From assembly GCF_009914755.1 (NCBI RefSeq), contig NC_060942.1: a stretch of DNA of 64,000 nt, one strand, 5' to 3'. The stretch is from the human T2T-CHM13v2.0 reference genome, Homo sapiens. Of the stretch, positions 29,245 to 43,256 are shown piece after piece (the stretch's first letter is position 1; the number at the start of each line of letters is the position of its first letter). The notes under the pieces are model-generated. The model was not told the DNA's origin and searched no databases. It saw only the letters and a list, made by a program, of their open reading frames with translations. Made by a program: the position numbers and the translations under genes.

Positions 29245-30419
29245 GTGTTTTTTTTTTTTTTTTTTCTTTACCTGAACCATGCTTGAGGAGTTCTCCAAGC
29301 CAGGATTGGTGATGGTTTTTAAAAGGAGTATCTGTCAGCCTTTGCATTCTTTACACATCGTTGAGTTTTAAAGTGCCAGACTGTGGCAGCCTACTACATA
29401 ACATGACCTCCATAAACCTATCGATTGGAGACTTAACTCAAGACATTTCAAAAGCCTCATACTGGCCCCGGGTGCATTTGAGGAAAATGTCCCCTCTCAG
29501 TGGGAACAGGTGGAAATCTAAATGCAGTGTTGGCCCTGGTTAGAAAACAGCCCCAAAACATCAAGGATTACTGAATGTGTGAATCCAAAATTTGCCTTTA
29601 AACCCATTTTAACAACTCATTCAACTCTGCAAGAAGTTGGAAATACTGCTTCAAGGCTCAGTCTTTGTTGCTTGAGTTTTACATTCTTAAATAATGCTGG
29701 TGACCTTCATTCAAGAGTGAGGTCTGCTAAGGGCAACTCTTTAGATGGAAGAGAACTCCCTTATAATAGCAAATTTAGAACTAAAGAGTTAGAGCTTATT
29801 GGCAAATAGCCTCAGTTTAGTATGGACTGTTGTGCTAAAGAAAAGTACCACTTTGGCAGGCTGGGATCAAAGTTCACTTTGTATTCACATTTCAGGGTCG
29901 CCAGCCTTGTCCTGAAGTTTCATCACTAGACGGGTAGACTGTTGCTCTGTTTTTGTAATATTTTAGCTCTTAGAACATACTGTCTGTTTAATGGCAATTA
30001 ATATCTCCCAGTTCTCCTCTAGGTTTATACTCATTCTTTTTGCACTGTATGCAAGAGCAGGACATTTCGCATGGAGGCAGAATAGAGAGTTGAATATCAT
30101 CTGATATACTGAGACTGAAAGTCCCTACCTTTGTAGTAATCTCTTCCAATATCTGATGTCTTCTCCCAGAGTTTCCACTTCTAAGAGGTCATTGTACCCC
30201 AATGTACTTTTACTCAAGTATTAGCATTCACTACCAAAACATTATAATTCAGTTTATCTGATTATCTGGTTCACTGTATATCAAAGAAAGAGACACCAAC
30301 ATGATCAAGTTTTGATTCAGAGATGAAAGGACATGGGAATAAAATTCAGGTGAAGACATTTGAATACACAGAATTTTTTTTTCATTCCTTCTATTTGAAA
30401 CTAACTTATGTAACTGTGA

Positions 30420-30784
<365 letters not shown>

Positions 30785-31513
30785 TAATTTAATTAGGGTA
30801 TATATACATATAAATATGTATATGTGTGTGTGTGTGTATAATATGAGAAAATACTGGCAATGAAATCAGAGATGTAAGCAAAGTTTTGTGTATAAGCAGA
30901 GGAATTGGAAATTAACCATCTCTCAGATGGACTGGCTTAGAGAGGAACTGGCATTTGTGCTCTGCTCTGAACTGTGACTAGGATCAGGAAAGGTAGGAGA
31001 AAGGGAGGGAGAACTCCTGGGAGAGGGGGTAAAACAGGGGTGGATATGGATATGTGAATGTGAGAAAGGGTGTGGGTGGGGAATGGCAAGGGATTACAAT
31101 TTCCTAGGAAAGTCGGTTTCTTACAAAGATAAAGACAGGCCAGAAGTAAGATACAGAGGGTTAGAAACTTGTTATAAAAGTTTTGAATTAATCATGTAGG
31201 TAATAGAAATTAATATGAGGATTATACACAGAGGAGTGGTGTGATCAGTTCTATGCTTTATGGAGAAAACAACTGGCAAATAGGAGAATGATTTGGAGAA
31301 GAGCACAGAGGCCTTTACAATAGTTTACTTAAGAAAGAAAGTGAAAACAGAAACTGTGAGGAGCTGACTAGGGTAATGGGATCAAAATAAAGTGTGAAAA
31401 AATTAGAATAGAGCACCAAAAGGATTTTATGACTTACTAAATGTAGGTATTGGAGCAATGGATGCCCCTGAAAGAAGAATATGTAGAAGAGAGGACTCAT
31501 GTCAGGAAAAAGA

Positions 31514-32248
31514 TGAAGACGCCTTTGCCAAAATTATATCAGTGAGAAAAATTATGAGAGTAAAGTAAGCTAACCTACCCTCATCTTGCCTTTCCCTTAA
31601 TTATTCCTGGGCTATTGGGCAAAGCTAACTTTGTAAAACATTTAGGCTGTAGTTTAAAAGATAATAGGCCTTGCCAGGAAACTCAACAGTTTTGTAAAGC
31701 TAATGGGGAGCCATCAGGCTGATGGGACGAGAGAATCCTGAGTCCTGCTAAAGTGCAGACTTATATAAACGATTATCAGCCATTATTCGGGAAGTTATAA
31801 GATATGCGACTTCCCCAATTATTCCTGCAAATAACATCACTGTTGTAGATTGGTCTTTTGAGATATCTTTTCAGGTTTTTTGCGTGTCTGACAAACATGG
31901 CTCCACCTAGACCCGTCAACTCTGCTCCTGTGGCCCCACTTAGAGGCAAGTCAGCCTGCAGGAGGACAGCTTTGACCCCTTATGATGTCATCTCAGCCCC
32001 AACCAATCAGCAGCAATTACCTGGCCTTCCTCACCAATTACCAATCAGACCATTACCTGGCCTTCCCCACCCCTTCCTTCAAACTGCTTTTGAAAAACCC
32101 CTAACCTATGAGCTTTGGACAAGATGATTGGAGTATGAACTCTGTCTCCCCTGTGACATGGTTGGGCTCGTGTCTATTAAACTCTTTCTCTACTGTGATG
32201 CTGTAGTCCTTCATGCAGCAGACAGGAAGAACCCCTTGGACAGTTATA
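31514..32248 (+). mobile_element. ERV1 solo LTR, MER72-like (LTR8-related)
   Basis: TGAAG.CGCCTTTGC.AAAATTATATCAGTGAGAAAATTATG start, gaaccccttggacagttata end; 4-bp TSD AAGA/AAGA. Confidence 0.8.
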
Positions 32249-32765
32249 AAGATATTAAATGAAAAAAAGTTCCCTTATCATCCCCGATACCACACCTGAC
32301 TGACATAGTAATAACAGTATTGACAGTAGTGTTAGATAGATAATAAGTGTTTATACTAATCCTCACAACAACTCTCCTGATACATGGATATTATTGACAC
32401 TTTATAGATGAAAATGAAAATTCAGAAAGGTTAAGTGTATTACAAAAATTTAGATGGCTGACAAGTTACAAAAAAGGGTGAAATTCAAATGTATTTACTC
32501 CAAATTTAAGCTTCTGAACATTCCATCAGAGTTGCCTTGCGTGTACACCACTGGATTCAAAATACCCAATTAGATTCATGATGAGTATGAAGTGCTCTTA
32601 TTATTTTGTTTATTTTTTATTTTGTAAATATCATGCAGTGATTTTCTTTCTCTGCCAGGAGGAGGAAAAACAGGCAAATAAATAGGCAAAACAAAAGTAT
32701 AAAGGTTGAAATATTAAAGGTAAAATTCACAAAATTAAAGACAATTAGAAATAAGGTTATTTTTG

Positions 32766-33142
<377 letters not shown>

Positions 33143-34411
33143 TCATCCCTTTGAAATTGACACCTTTATTGAAGCCTTTTATTTCTCTAGTTATTATAGT
33201 GTACATTTTCTTGCCACATCTCATTGTAAATTGAGTTAGTTAATTTTGTATTTTATTTTCTCTTCAAAACAACTTTTTTTTAGTAGATGTGACTGTTTCT
33301 TTTTATGTTCATTTTATAGGTAAGGAAATCAAGAATGTTCCTTGTAGCAATTAAATGACAAAACTGGAACTTGAACCTTAATCTTCTGACTCAATGTCTG
33401 GGATTCTTTCCATGATCCTACATTACGTAAGACAAAAATGGTCTAGTATCTAAAGGCAAACAGTTTCTATTATGAGGAAAGAATTAGGGAGTTAATTTTT
33501 TAAACTGCCCTTCCGCCTCTGAAAGATTTGAAAGAGGAAGCCACAAGCAAGCTGGGAATGTTTCATTTATCTTATCTCTGACAAGGAATAAGAAGTATTT
33601 TGGAATTCCCTAGAGCCCAGCATGTCTATTATGCACTGACAGAGCTTCCTGTAATTAAAGGCTATATTACATTTGGATGGAAGTGACACACTCCCTTCTG
33701 GAAGCCTATAGCCATATGCAGCCTTTATTTAATAAAAAAGAAATCAGAAATCAATTGAAAGTGAAATTTGTTAGGATTAGGATGTTAAATAAAACCATGT
33801 TCGGGGCAGAGTTGACAAAATCTTTCCCTCTGAGTTGGTACGAAGTTAAGAAGCTTCTACAATCATACAAAAAAAAAATTATTTTAGGAGTAAGTGAAAA
33901 AGAGAGATTATTTGTTGGTTTGAGTGGAAGACTACAGAACTTTTCAAAAGATTTGGTGAGCAGATGCTTTTAAAAGCTCTTACCAGCTCAGTCTTTACTA
34001 CTAGTAATTTCAAACAAAGCAGGAGGTCAGAGCATTGATGTTATTTTCCTCCCTTTTTCTATAGTCCTCTTGGCTAACCACTGATAGAGAACAGCCTGGA
34101 GCAGCCTTGAGAAGCCCCTGTGGTGAAAACACATCAATGTCAGCTTTAAACTGGGGGCTTGTTTTAAGCGTAAACTAATTTTTCCAGTTTCTCCCTTACT
34201 TTACCTTTTCATAACCACATTAAAAACAAGAAAATATCCATGATTTGTCTCCAAAGATATGCTGTTTTGTTTGGGTTGATATCATGAATTTGTCATTTCT
34301 TACCCCTTCTGAATTTTACATAAGATTTCATGAATAGTAAGATAAGAGAGTATATGAGGAATTAGCAGTGGCTCTTGTTACAGGCATTATTTTCCACTAT
34401 AGAAGTTGCTT

Positions 34412-35199
34412 TCTTAGGTCAATATCCCTAGAAACAAATCTTGAGATGAGCTTTTATGCCCAAGAGACACATTAAGAAGGTACTTCCTGGAGACACTAAT
34501 ATGGAAAGGCAGAAGCAGAACAAGAAAGAGGAAGAAGCCAGCACTATAGTATGAATGTGTGTACCCCAAAAAATTCATATGTTGAAAGCTAATCACCAAT
34601 GTGATAATTTTAGGAGGTGGAGAATTTAGCAGATGATTAGATGATAAGAGCAGAGTCCTTATGAATAGGGTTAGTGCCATTATAGAAAAGGCCCCAAAGA
34701 GCTCCTGTGCCCCTTCTGCCATGTGTGTACACAGTGAGAAGGAGTCATCTATGAATCAGAGAGCAGGACCTTACCAGACACTGAATCTGCTGATGCCTAG
34801 ATCTTAGACTTCTCAGCCTCTAAAACCATCAGAAATAAATTTCTGTTGTATACAAGCCACTCAGTTTATATTATTTTGTTATGGTAGCTTGAACTGATTA
34901 AAACACCAACAAAGGTAAAATTTCTGGCAAAATCCTCTTGATGATTGCCTGATCCCACCTTTCAGGGAAGTGATTTCACCTTGAGGTCATAGAGTTAGGC
35001 TTTCTACTCTCTTACCTCCTGGTCATTTACTAAGGTCACCCTTTGGGGATGCCAGCTCATGGAATTGCCAGTTTCAATGGCCCCTAGAAATGGAGTCTCA
35101 TAGGAAAGTTGAACAAATGCCTTTTAAAGCTGAGAGAGGTAATCACAGAAATAATAAAATAGGTCCAAGGAGATCTAGGCAGACATCAGCCTGTGGACA
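34412..35199 (-). mobile_element. LTR16-family ERVL LTR interrupted by MLT1A
   Basis: tcttaggtc...ccctagaaacaaatcttgagatg...gaagcagaacaagaaagaggaagaagcca...aggagatctaggc. Confidence 0.6.
34543..34905 (+). mobile_element. MLT1A0-like MaLR solo LTR (nested)
   Basis: aaaattcatatgttgaaagctaatcaccaatgtgat...gacactgaatctgctg...agaaataaatttctgttg; TSD CCAGC/CCAAC. Confidence 0.88.
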
Positions 35200-35394
35200 C
35201 ACCAATTGGTTTAAAAGAAATTGGGTTGAGCTGCATCAAAGATGTTTTACTTTCCTAGACCCCGTAAAAATTCTTAAAGTTGATTATGACACAGATGTTA
35301 ATGAACAGTCTGGAGTCTTTCAAGAACTGTGACTAGAGAGGGTTGAGGTGCTAGGAAAGACAGTGAGAGGGAGCCAGGGTCCAATACAGGAGTT

Positions 35395-35498
35395 AGTGGC
35401 AAGGTTTACTTCTACAGTATACTAAATATCAACCTTTACAAACCTTACACAAAGCAGTGGCAAGGTTTGCTTCTACAGTATACTAAATATCAACCTTT
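35395..35498. repeat. 43-bp direct repeat (1 mismatch) with 18-bp spacer
   Basis: AGTGGCAAGGTTT(A/G)CTTCTACAGTATACTAAATATCAACCTTT at 35395-35437 and 35456-35498. Confidence 0.95.
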
Positions 35499-35576
35499 GG
35501 GATGAGGTAATTATAATTCTAAGTAGGCTATTTTAAAGTAACTATTACTATTTTTACCTAAACTCCCACTATAGGC

Positions 35577-35602
35577 AAAAAAAAAAAAAAAAAAAAAAAA
35601 AA
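35577..35602. repeat. Poly(A) tract of about 26 nt
   Basis: Uninterrupted A run with no adjacent Alu/L1 body. Confidence 0.95.
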
Positions 35603-36335
35603 ATCCAGAACACTGATGGTAATTTCAGCTCTTTTAGGAGCAAGCAAGAGTTTATTAATTTCCTTCCCACTGACTTTTTAAGGATGTATAAGCTGCCTTG
35701 ATCTGCTCTCTGTATTTACCTCTGTGATCTGCTTTGCCAACTCCAAATTGGAGAATGTATTACTAAGGCAGCAGAATTTGATGACAGCTTTGTATCACCA
35801 ATGAACATCTCTCCTTGCTACAGCTCTGCTCTGCTCCACTGCACCAGTTGGATTCAGAGCATGGTTGCAGCCAGGATAGTAAAGCAGTTGTTAAAGAGTG
35901 GGCAGAGTAGAGAGTTTGCAAATAGAGAGTTTAGAAAAAAAATCATAGGATCTGGTCAAACAATGAGACTTGACTTTTGGCAATCAACTGTTCAAATAGA
36001 TCAACCCCATTTCATTGTGAGAAAGAATGTTGCATAGCTCCTACATCTACAGATTATGATAACCATGTGAATTGTAGACAGAGCCAATAAGAACGTAGTT
36101 TGAATATAGAGTAACTTCTCAGAAATAATAATCATTGGCGTTTACAACTGCATAATAATAACACTGCCAGAATTGCCAATTTCCTAAATAAAGGTCAAAA
36201 ACATGCATTTTGAAATCTGGGAACAGACTATTAAATCTGGAAAACAGATTATTAAAGGTGGGAAGATATCCAGGCTGAAAGTGCTTTAGCTGCTTCTTTC
36301 TGTCCGCAAAACTAGAGAATACTTTGTGTGCATGT

Positions 36336-36791
36336 AGAGTGTGGAATATTCCCCATCAACTCCCCTTCTCAAGACCCAGATCCACTCTCCACTCTGTCCA
36401 CTTGGAGTGCCCTTTGCCCTCTGGCTTTGGTTGACTTGGCCAATGAGGGGCACTGAGTGGAGACTGCTGGGTGCAGGAGAGTGAGATTGGAGTATTCATT
36501 CCCTGACTCCCTCCATCCTGGGCTGTGGAGGACACTACAGCTCTCTCTTAGGGATTTGGTAACTCTTCCCTGCCCTTGAAGTTTAGATTAGGGGCTGGTC
36601 ATGTGTTCTCCTGTGACTAGTCCCAATTTTTTTCACTGTTTCTCACTGTTTTTCAATGAGGCCAGCTCTAGTAGTGTTTCAGCATCCCTTGTTGGTTTCT
36701 CTGAACCCTGCTTATACTTTTGTAAGTAGTTCCTTTACTATATACTCCTAGGCTTCCCCATTTGAGCATGGTCTATGAGACTTGACTAACA
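36336..36791 (+). mobile_element. LTR33-like ERVL LTR
   Basis: cagatccactctccac...ttgccctctggctttggttgacttggccaatg...ggagagtgagattggagtattcattccc. Confidence 0.7.
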
Positions 36792-37780
36792 TAGAAAGGT
36801 AGAATTGCTTTACCCTAGGAGTCATGTCTATTACTAAACCTATCCCTCCCACATCATTCCTTATTCTATTAGCAGCACAGCTGCCTTCAGACACAGACAA
36901 GAGGAGGCCCCGTGCTTTATAAAGCTTCACTTACCACAAACATGAAATAATGAGAATATATTCATTAAAAAACATCTGGATGCCTCTGTCACTTGAAATC
37001 TAGTAGTTAGCACAGGTGTGGCACTACCTGAAAAGCTAAACATCTGCTCTCATGACTAGCAGTGTTAGGCCACAAGAAAATATTTCCCCACATTTTTTCT
37101 GTTGTCTTGAAACCAAAAGCTTTGTGTCCAAACCTTTAAAGGTTAGAGGTCGTGCTTTTGATAATGTGGGAGAGAGATACTATTTTAGGATCAGGAAAAA
37201 TTTTCATGGTGGATGCTCATAGGTAAGAAAAAAATAATATCAACTTTTTTCAGATATGGATGCAATAGTTTCTTGCCTAATGAAATATCTTCTCCTAGTA
37301 GTGTAGTGTACCCATTTTTCTTTTTGCTCTTCCTGTTCCAATTCATAGTTCTAGAGTTAGTGTTGAATTAGAAGGAGGTAATGCCAATGACTGCACCAAC
37401 GAGTGAAAGAAACAGTTTTGAAACTCCACAATTCACATTTCTTTTAAATTTATATTATATATATATGTAGGTCAAGATCTAACTTGCTTAAAGCTATTGG
37501 TAAATAAATAGACATCAAAAAGCGAAATTGCAAATAATTTTGTTTTTATAAAAATGTGTAATAAAATAAATGCATTTTCATTAAATATTTTCTTTAAATT
37601 TTGATATTTATTAGTCATAATTGATGTTTCTTTTTGCTTTTAACAACTTTCAGTATTTTAGAAGAAAAAATATTTTGAGAATAATGTCAGTCTTAAACGT
37701 TCACTTTATGTTTTAATGATGAATACATTTAAATTTGTAGACTTTCATAAAGTTACATTTTAATTTTGAATTCTTAGGAC

Positions 37781-37950
37781 CAGGGATTGGCAAACTTTTT
37801 CTGTAAAGGGTAAGAAAAGGTTACTACTACTTAACTCTGAAATTGTAGTGCAAAAGCTGCCAAAGACAATATGTAAATAATGGACAAGGCTGTGTTCTAA
37901 TAAAATTTTATTTACAAACCCAGGCAGCTAACTCAACAGCTTTAGTTCTA
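37781..37950. mobile_element. MER58A-like hAT-Charlie element
   Basis: cagggattggcaaactttttctgtaaaggg...tgtagtgcaaaagctgcca.agacaatatgtaaa...ggctgtgttctaataaaa. Confidence 0.8.
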
Positions 37951-39719
37951 CAACAATTGCTTTTAATTTGTACTGTAATTGAATAAAAATTATGTGAAAA
38001 TCTCACTTTAGTACTACAATTAGTAATTTTCCTTACATTTAAGTTAGTATAAATGATTTATCAATTATGTCTTTATTTCATTACTCAGTAAAACAGCAAA
38101 ATCCACTAACAGAACACATGAACATGATAACAGTAATTAAATTTAGTCTTCTGATACTTTGCCTACTCTTAGCCATAAAAGAAACCATAGCTTTATAGAA
38201 ATATTTAAAATTTTGTTGTTTGAAGAATATTTATCAATACAACCCTAAAATGTATTTAATATAAATGTTTGTTAGCTTTATTTGTAGCTTACAAATATTT
38301 AGAGATATGGTGTGTGGGACTTCAATGCTACTCTTGCCCCAGGCTCAAACCAGTTTTGAGGTGGGCCTGGTTAGCTATTTTCCTCTCTGGGAGCAAGTGA
38401 TCTTATCAAAAGACAAAGCTTTATTTCAGAAGTTGCAAACTGAGAACCTTAGGGTTGTTTTTAACTGACTCATTTTGGATCTGTACAGCGTTCATAAAAA
38501 TATGGATCAGTTGCACACTAATTCCAAGTAAAAATCTAGATGTCTGTCTGCTATTTGAAAATCTTGTAAAACTAAATCTCTCTCTAGGGGTCTCAGCAGT
38601 CCCCTTTAGAAGAAGCGTGGGGCATCACCCAAGTCTTCAGCACCATCAAGGACGCCAACCCAGACAGCCAACTTCACCATCCATACTACTTGTCTTGCCT
38701 TCTATAGCCTTTGGCTTTTAAAGCTTTTCCAGACCATTAGAAACTGGCCCTTTTCTAATTTGTATCCTCCTTGCAGTAAATGACACTTCCCAAAACAAAA
38801 TATGCAAACAAAACCAACCAGCAAAACAACCACCAAAATGGCAGCTCCTTTCAATCCTAAGCATCTCTGGTCTTTTTTGTCCCTGCCTAGGACATGGAGT
38901 TTGTGACACTGCTCTGATTGCTCTCTGCTCCTTCCCTCCAATTAACAGAAGGAAAGAGAGTGAGCAACAGTTTGCACCAATCTTTTCACATTTTCCAAAG
39001 CAATGTTTCAACTCAGTCATTCTAGAACTATGATCAGGAACAACAACATAGAAAGTGGCCTAGTTTGTGACACTATAACTATGATAAAATTATACTACCT
39101 GATAATCATATCTATTATTAATATAAGAAAAAATTAATTGCTCTATTAAAAAATACAAAGGAGGATAATGGGGCTTCGAGAATTTAATTGAGTCCTTGCT
39201 AATAGTGATAACTTAATGGGAGGAAAGGCATAGCTACTAAGAAGATCTTGGCTCAGCAATGGACCCCTTTCTGTTTCCTGACAAGATCCACAGAGGAGCA
39301 ATTTGGAATTGAGGAGGAAAAGGACAGGAATTAGTTGTTGCCCTGCATAGCACTAGAGGTTCATCCTATAGTAACTTAACCAAGAACACTGTTTTGAAAA
39401 TTAAGTTAGGAAAATGATCTTCCTACTTACTGGTTTAGTCTTGTGTGTGTGCACATATGTGTATGTGTTTGTGCTGTATGTTCTTGTACCAGCAGTTACC
39501 TTTTAGACAGTGATTTTCATCATTTGGTTGTATCCTAAAGTAAGAAGGGCATTTTATATTGTGAGTGTATATAAATACACATGCAATAAATTATATAATT
39601 TTGGAAAACATTTTTATAAAATAATACCTACTGTTATACTGCTTGTGATACACACTGACATTTACTACCTTCCTTTTTCTTTAGTGTCATCTAAAAAAAT
39701 TTGATAGCAATCCTCTAAA

Positions 39720-39932
39720 TCATGCATTCTCAATGGGGGTGATATTGTCCCCAAAGGGGAAAAATGGTTTCTTAGGGACAAAGAAAACTTAGACAGTAAA
39801 ATGGTTTGTGGCCTTCCAAAAGGTCACAGTACATAAATAGGTATTAACATTTCAGGAGGGTAAAATATTAGGGGAAAAATGTCTAAAAAGTCTCCCTAGA
39901 AGGCAATTTTTCAAAAAGATTGAGAAACGCTA
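39720..39932. mobile_element. hAT-Charlie MITE (MER105-like)
   Basis: gcattctcaatgggggtgatat.gtccccaaggggg...atggtttgtggcc...ttgagaaac with terminal ttctcaa/ttgagaa inverted repeat. Confidence 0.6.
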
Positions 39933-42900
39933 CAAAAATGACCTGCAGTTGGAAAAACACTATGTTGAAAAATTCAGAGACTAAAGCAAGTATGTCTGCA
40001 AATTCACATTGTTAGGGAAAAGGCAAATGAGACCAAAAATTAGAGCCCATGGCAGATTGAGCATTTATTTGATGACCCAGAATCCCAATACCCTAGCCCC
40101 ACTTTTTTTTTTCTATGGGACTTAGATGTCAGCTGCCTTTCTAAAACTATCACCCTCCCTATTCTGTTATTGCAGATTAAACAAATTATCTTCCCTCTGC
40201 ACTGAGAAGTCAGGATCCCAGCTCTAGCTCTGCTGTGAGAAGGGAAGGAAGGAGATTATTATAATCAAATTTGAGGTTAAAATTTTAAATTGGGCTGATT
40301 TTAGGAACCAAAAGTGATCATCCAACTATGGAATTTTCTCAAGGTATTATTTAAGGAAAATGAAAGGAGGTTGATGATATAAGGCAGCAATTGGGGGATA
40401 TCAATTTTTTTTAGTATTTATAGCACAAAGAGTTAAGACTGCTTAATGAACAAATTACATTTGTCAACGTGTTTTTTCTGCTTTGCTGTTTATATTTCTC
40501 ATTTTTTCCCCTGCATTTCCATTACTGAATCACCCACTGGTAAACTCCATAGTATTGAAAAACAATGAATATTATTAATACCTTATATGAGAAAAGGAGA
40601 TGCTTTAAACAAGGTTTCTTTCTATACCAAGTCTAATACCCAAGAACATGCAGAAATAGATTTTCATGTTCATCAAGTAAATTTGAATATATTTATAATT
40701 CACTGCAAGAAATGACACCAAAATTTGCAGCAATATCTGCAAATAATTGCACTTTACAGTGCCAATAGGTATTTCTCTCAGCTCTGAGAAATCTGTAATT
40801 GCAGTAACAGAAAAATAGAATCTGAGCAATGGAGGATAAGGTAATGTGCACACCACTTTATCCCTATCCATATGTTGATTAAGCTATTCAAAGCTTTAGT
40901 CACAAAATGCAGATGTTTGTTAGCATTTTAGTCAACACAATCTCCGGCAGAGGTTCATACGCCCATTCTGAACAGGAAAGCAAGGAAACTGCAGGCAAAT
41001 CGTATCATGCACCTGCTGTATTCAGAGGATGGCAAAAAGGCTGAGTAACAGAGATGACCAAAGAGCCAGATGTCACTATTGCAGGTGGGGTGAGAGCAGA
41101 GAGACAGATCATACGGCCACCTTGATCGAGAAAGTGTTTATTATAAAATGATGTATTTTAATGGAAATATTATATTTCCTTTATCTAGGAGGATATAAGG
41201 ATAAGTTGGGATGAAAACCAGCCACATATAGAACTTTTCCTGTGAAATGTATTTCTCTCAATAATTTTCTAGGTTTTCATAGTTTTTGGTCCCAGATGGA
41301 CATTTTGAAGTATTCACATTAATTCACCCTTCTCAAAAACTGTAATTTATAGTCATTTTAAAGAATGGCATCTAATATCCAGATTCAAAATGATGAAGTG
41401 TTGTTTGTCATAATATCATTACAGATGTTTTCACTCGTAATCCATTTATTTGGTAATGATCCAGTATGATTTATAATGAGGTCCTGTGGAAGGATTTTTT
41501 TTCAGAAAGTTCATGAACTTAATCCCATTCTGGAAGCATCATTTAAAATGGCAGGGGGTATTTGTCTTTAAGCAAATGAGGGCACACACACACACATACA
41601 TAGCCTCACTGAATATTCAGTGAAGCATTTACAAAGTATTATTGTCACAAGGTCATTGTTATTTATCAGATAACTACTCAAAGTTTTCTTTAAACCATCA
41701 GTATATATTTTCTCTGTATGTTTTCCTCTATGTCTCTTACTGTCTGAAATATGTGACTTCTCACATTTAGGGCAAAGAACAAGTTTAAAGAGAAGGTAAT
41801 CTTGATAATTGAATTTTCTTTAGGCTGGAAACCTCTTCTAATATAAGGTTACCTATAATGGGAAGTCTCTACCTGTATCATGGTACTGCCTTTAGGTATC
41901 CTTGGAACAAATTATAAAAATGTGACTTTTTTATTTTTGGAATGAGTTAACTTTTTTAGCTGGCAGAATTCTCCTTTTCCATTTATAATTCTTTTTTTTT
42001 TAAATTTAGACACTAAAATATGCTCAATATGGCTGCATTGATACTTCCCAGATGCTTTTGAAAATAGACCATCGCTAATAAGTTTGGTTAGCGAGGTTAT
42101 CTAATAGTGATGGGTAGCAGTGTATGCATCTGTATTCTTGCAGTAACTTATACTCTAGGGAGAATTGTCACTTGCTGACTATTAATAATCCCACTGGAGC
42201 ATTTATCACTCTAGACTTATTGGAGTAGATGGCAACAGCCTCCTTATTATGCAATAGTTTAAAAAATATCCACTCAATTCTTTCCTTTTTCCTTTGAAAG
42301 TTCAAGTTACTCCAGGCTGAGAAATTACAAAGTATAGATACACTTTCAGTTTGATATTCTTAAAACATCCTAATTTTCCTGCCTAATTAAGGCTCTTCCT
42401 TTCTTAGCTTATTATGTAATATATCATATTGTATCCTATTATTATATTCTGGCTTGTCTGGACAATACTGCAATAAATTGTAATGGCTGACAGAGCATTA
42501 AGTGAATTTCAATAAATTATGAGAGACTTCATTCTGCCAGCTATGCAAAAAACACTTGACACCTCAAAAAAAAAAAAACAGCAAAATAGGGGCTTTAAAA
42601 TGAATCTCTAAAATCTGCATATTATCCTACGTTGTTTGCATTCTGTGCCAGTTGTTATATATGGAAAGAAAATAAACATTTTCCAATACTCTGTTACGAT
42701 AGGGTCTATCTTTATATAAAGTCCTTGAAAACTAAGTTCATTCAAAATTTTAAGGTACTTTTTCCTTTTAAAATTGTTAACATCTTGAAGCTTTTACTAA
42801 ACAAGTGTTACATTTGTCATTATTAATAATTTATCATCACCCATATCAGGTCATTGGTCTCTGGCCAATTAAAGATTACAGTTTTATTGAGGATATATTG

Positions 42901-42955
42901 GAGGCTTATCTCTTATTATCATGTGTATTTAACATGGCAATTGGAAGAAAAGTTA

Positions 42956-43256
42956 GGGTGGGTGCAATGACTCACGCCTGTAATCTCAGCACTTTTGGAG
43001 GCCCAGGAGGGAGGACCACTTGGGCCCAGGAGGGCAAGACCAGCCTGAACAACATCGCGAGACCCTTTCTCCACAAAATTCTTTTTTAAAAAATTATCTT
43101 GATGAGGTGGCAGGTGCCTGTGGTTCAAACCACTTGGTAGGCTGAGGTGTGAGGATCTCTTGAGTCCAGGAGGTTGAGGCTACCATGATTGATGATTGCG
43201 CCACTGCGCTCAGGCCTGGGTAACAGAGAGAGACACTGTCTCAAGAAAAAAAAAAA
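42956..43256 (+). mobile_element. AluJ (Jo/Jr-like), diverged
   Basis: Alu dimer with J features (gggaggaccacttgggcccagg, ggttgaggct) and A tail. Confidence 0.9.

Noticed and set aside
35395-35498. Repeat-spacer-repeat resembling a CRISPR unit
   Set aside because: Only two repeats, primate DNA and no cas genes; it is a local duplication.
40780-40967. Minus-strand acceptor followed by an open frame of about 60 codons
   Set aside because: No convincing donor and no recognisable peptide; consistent with chance.
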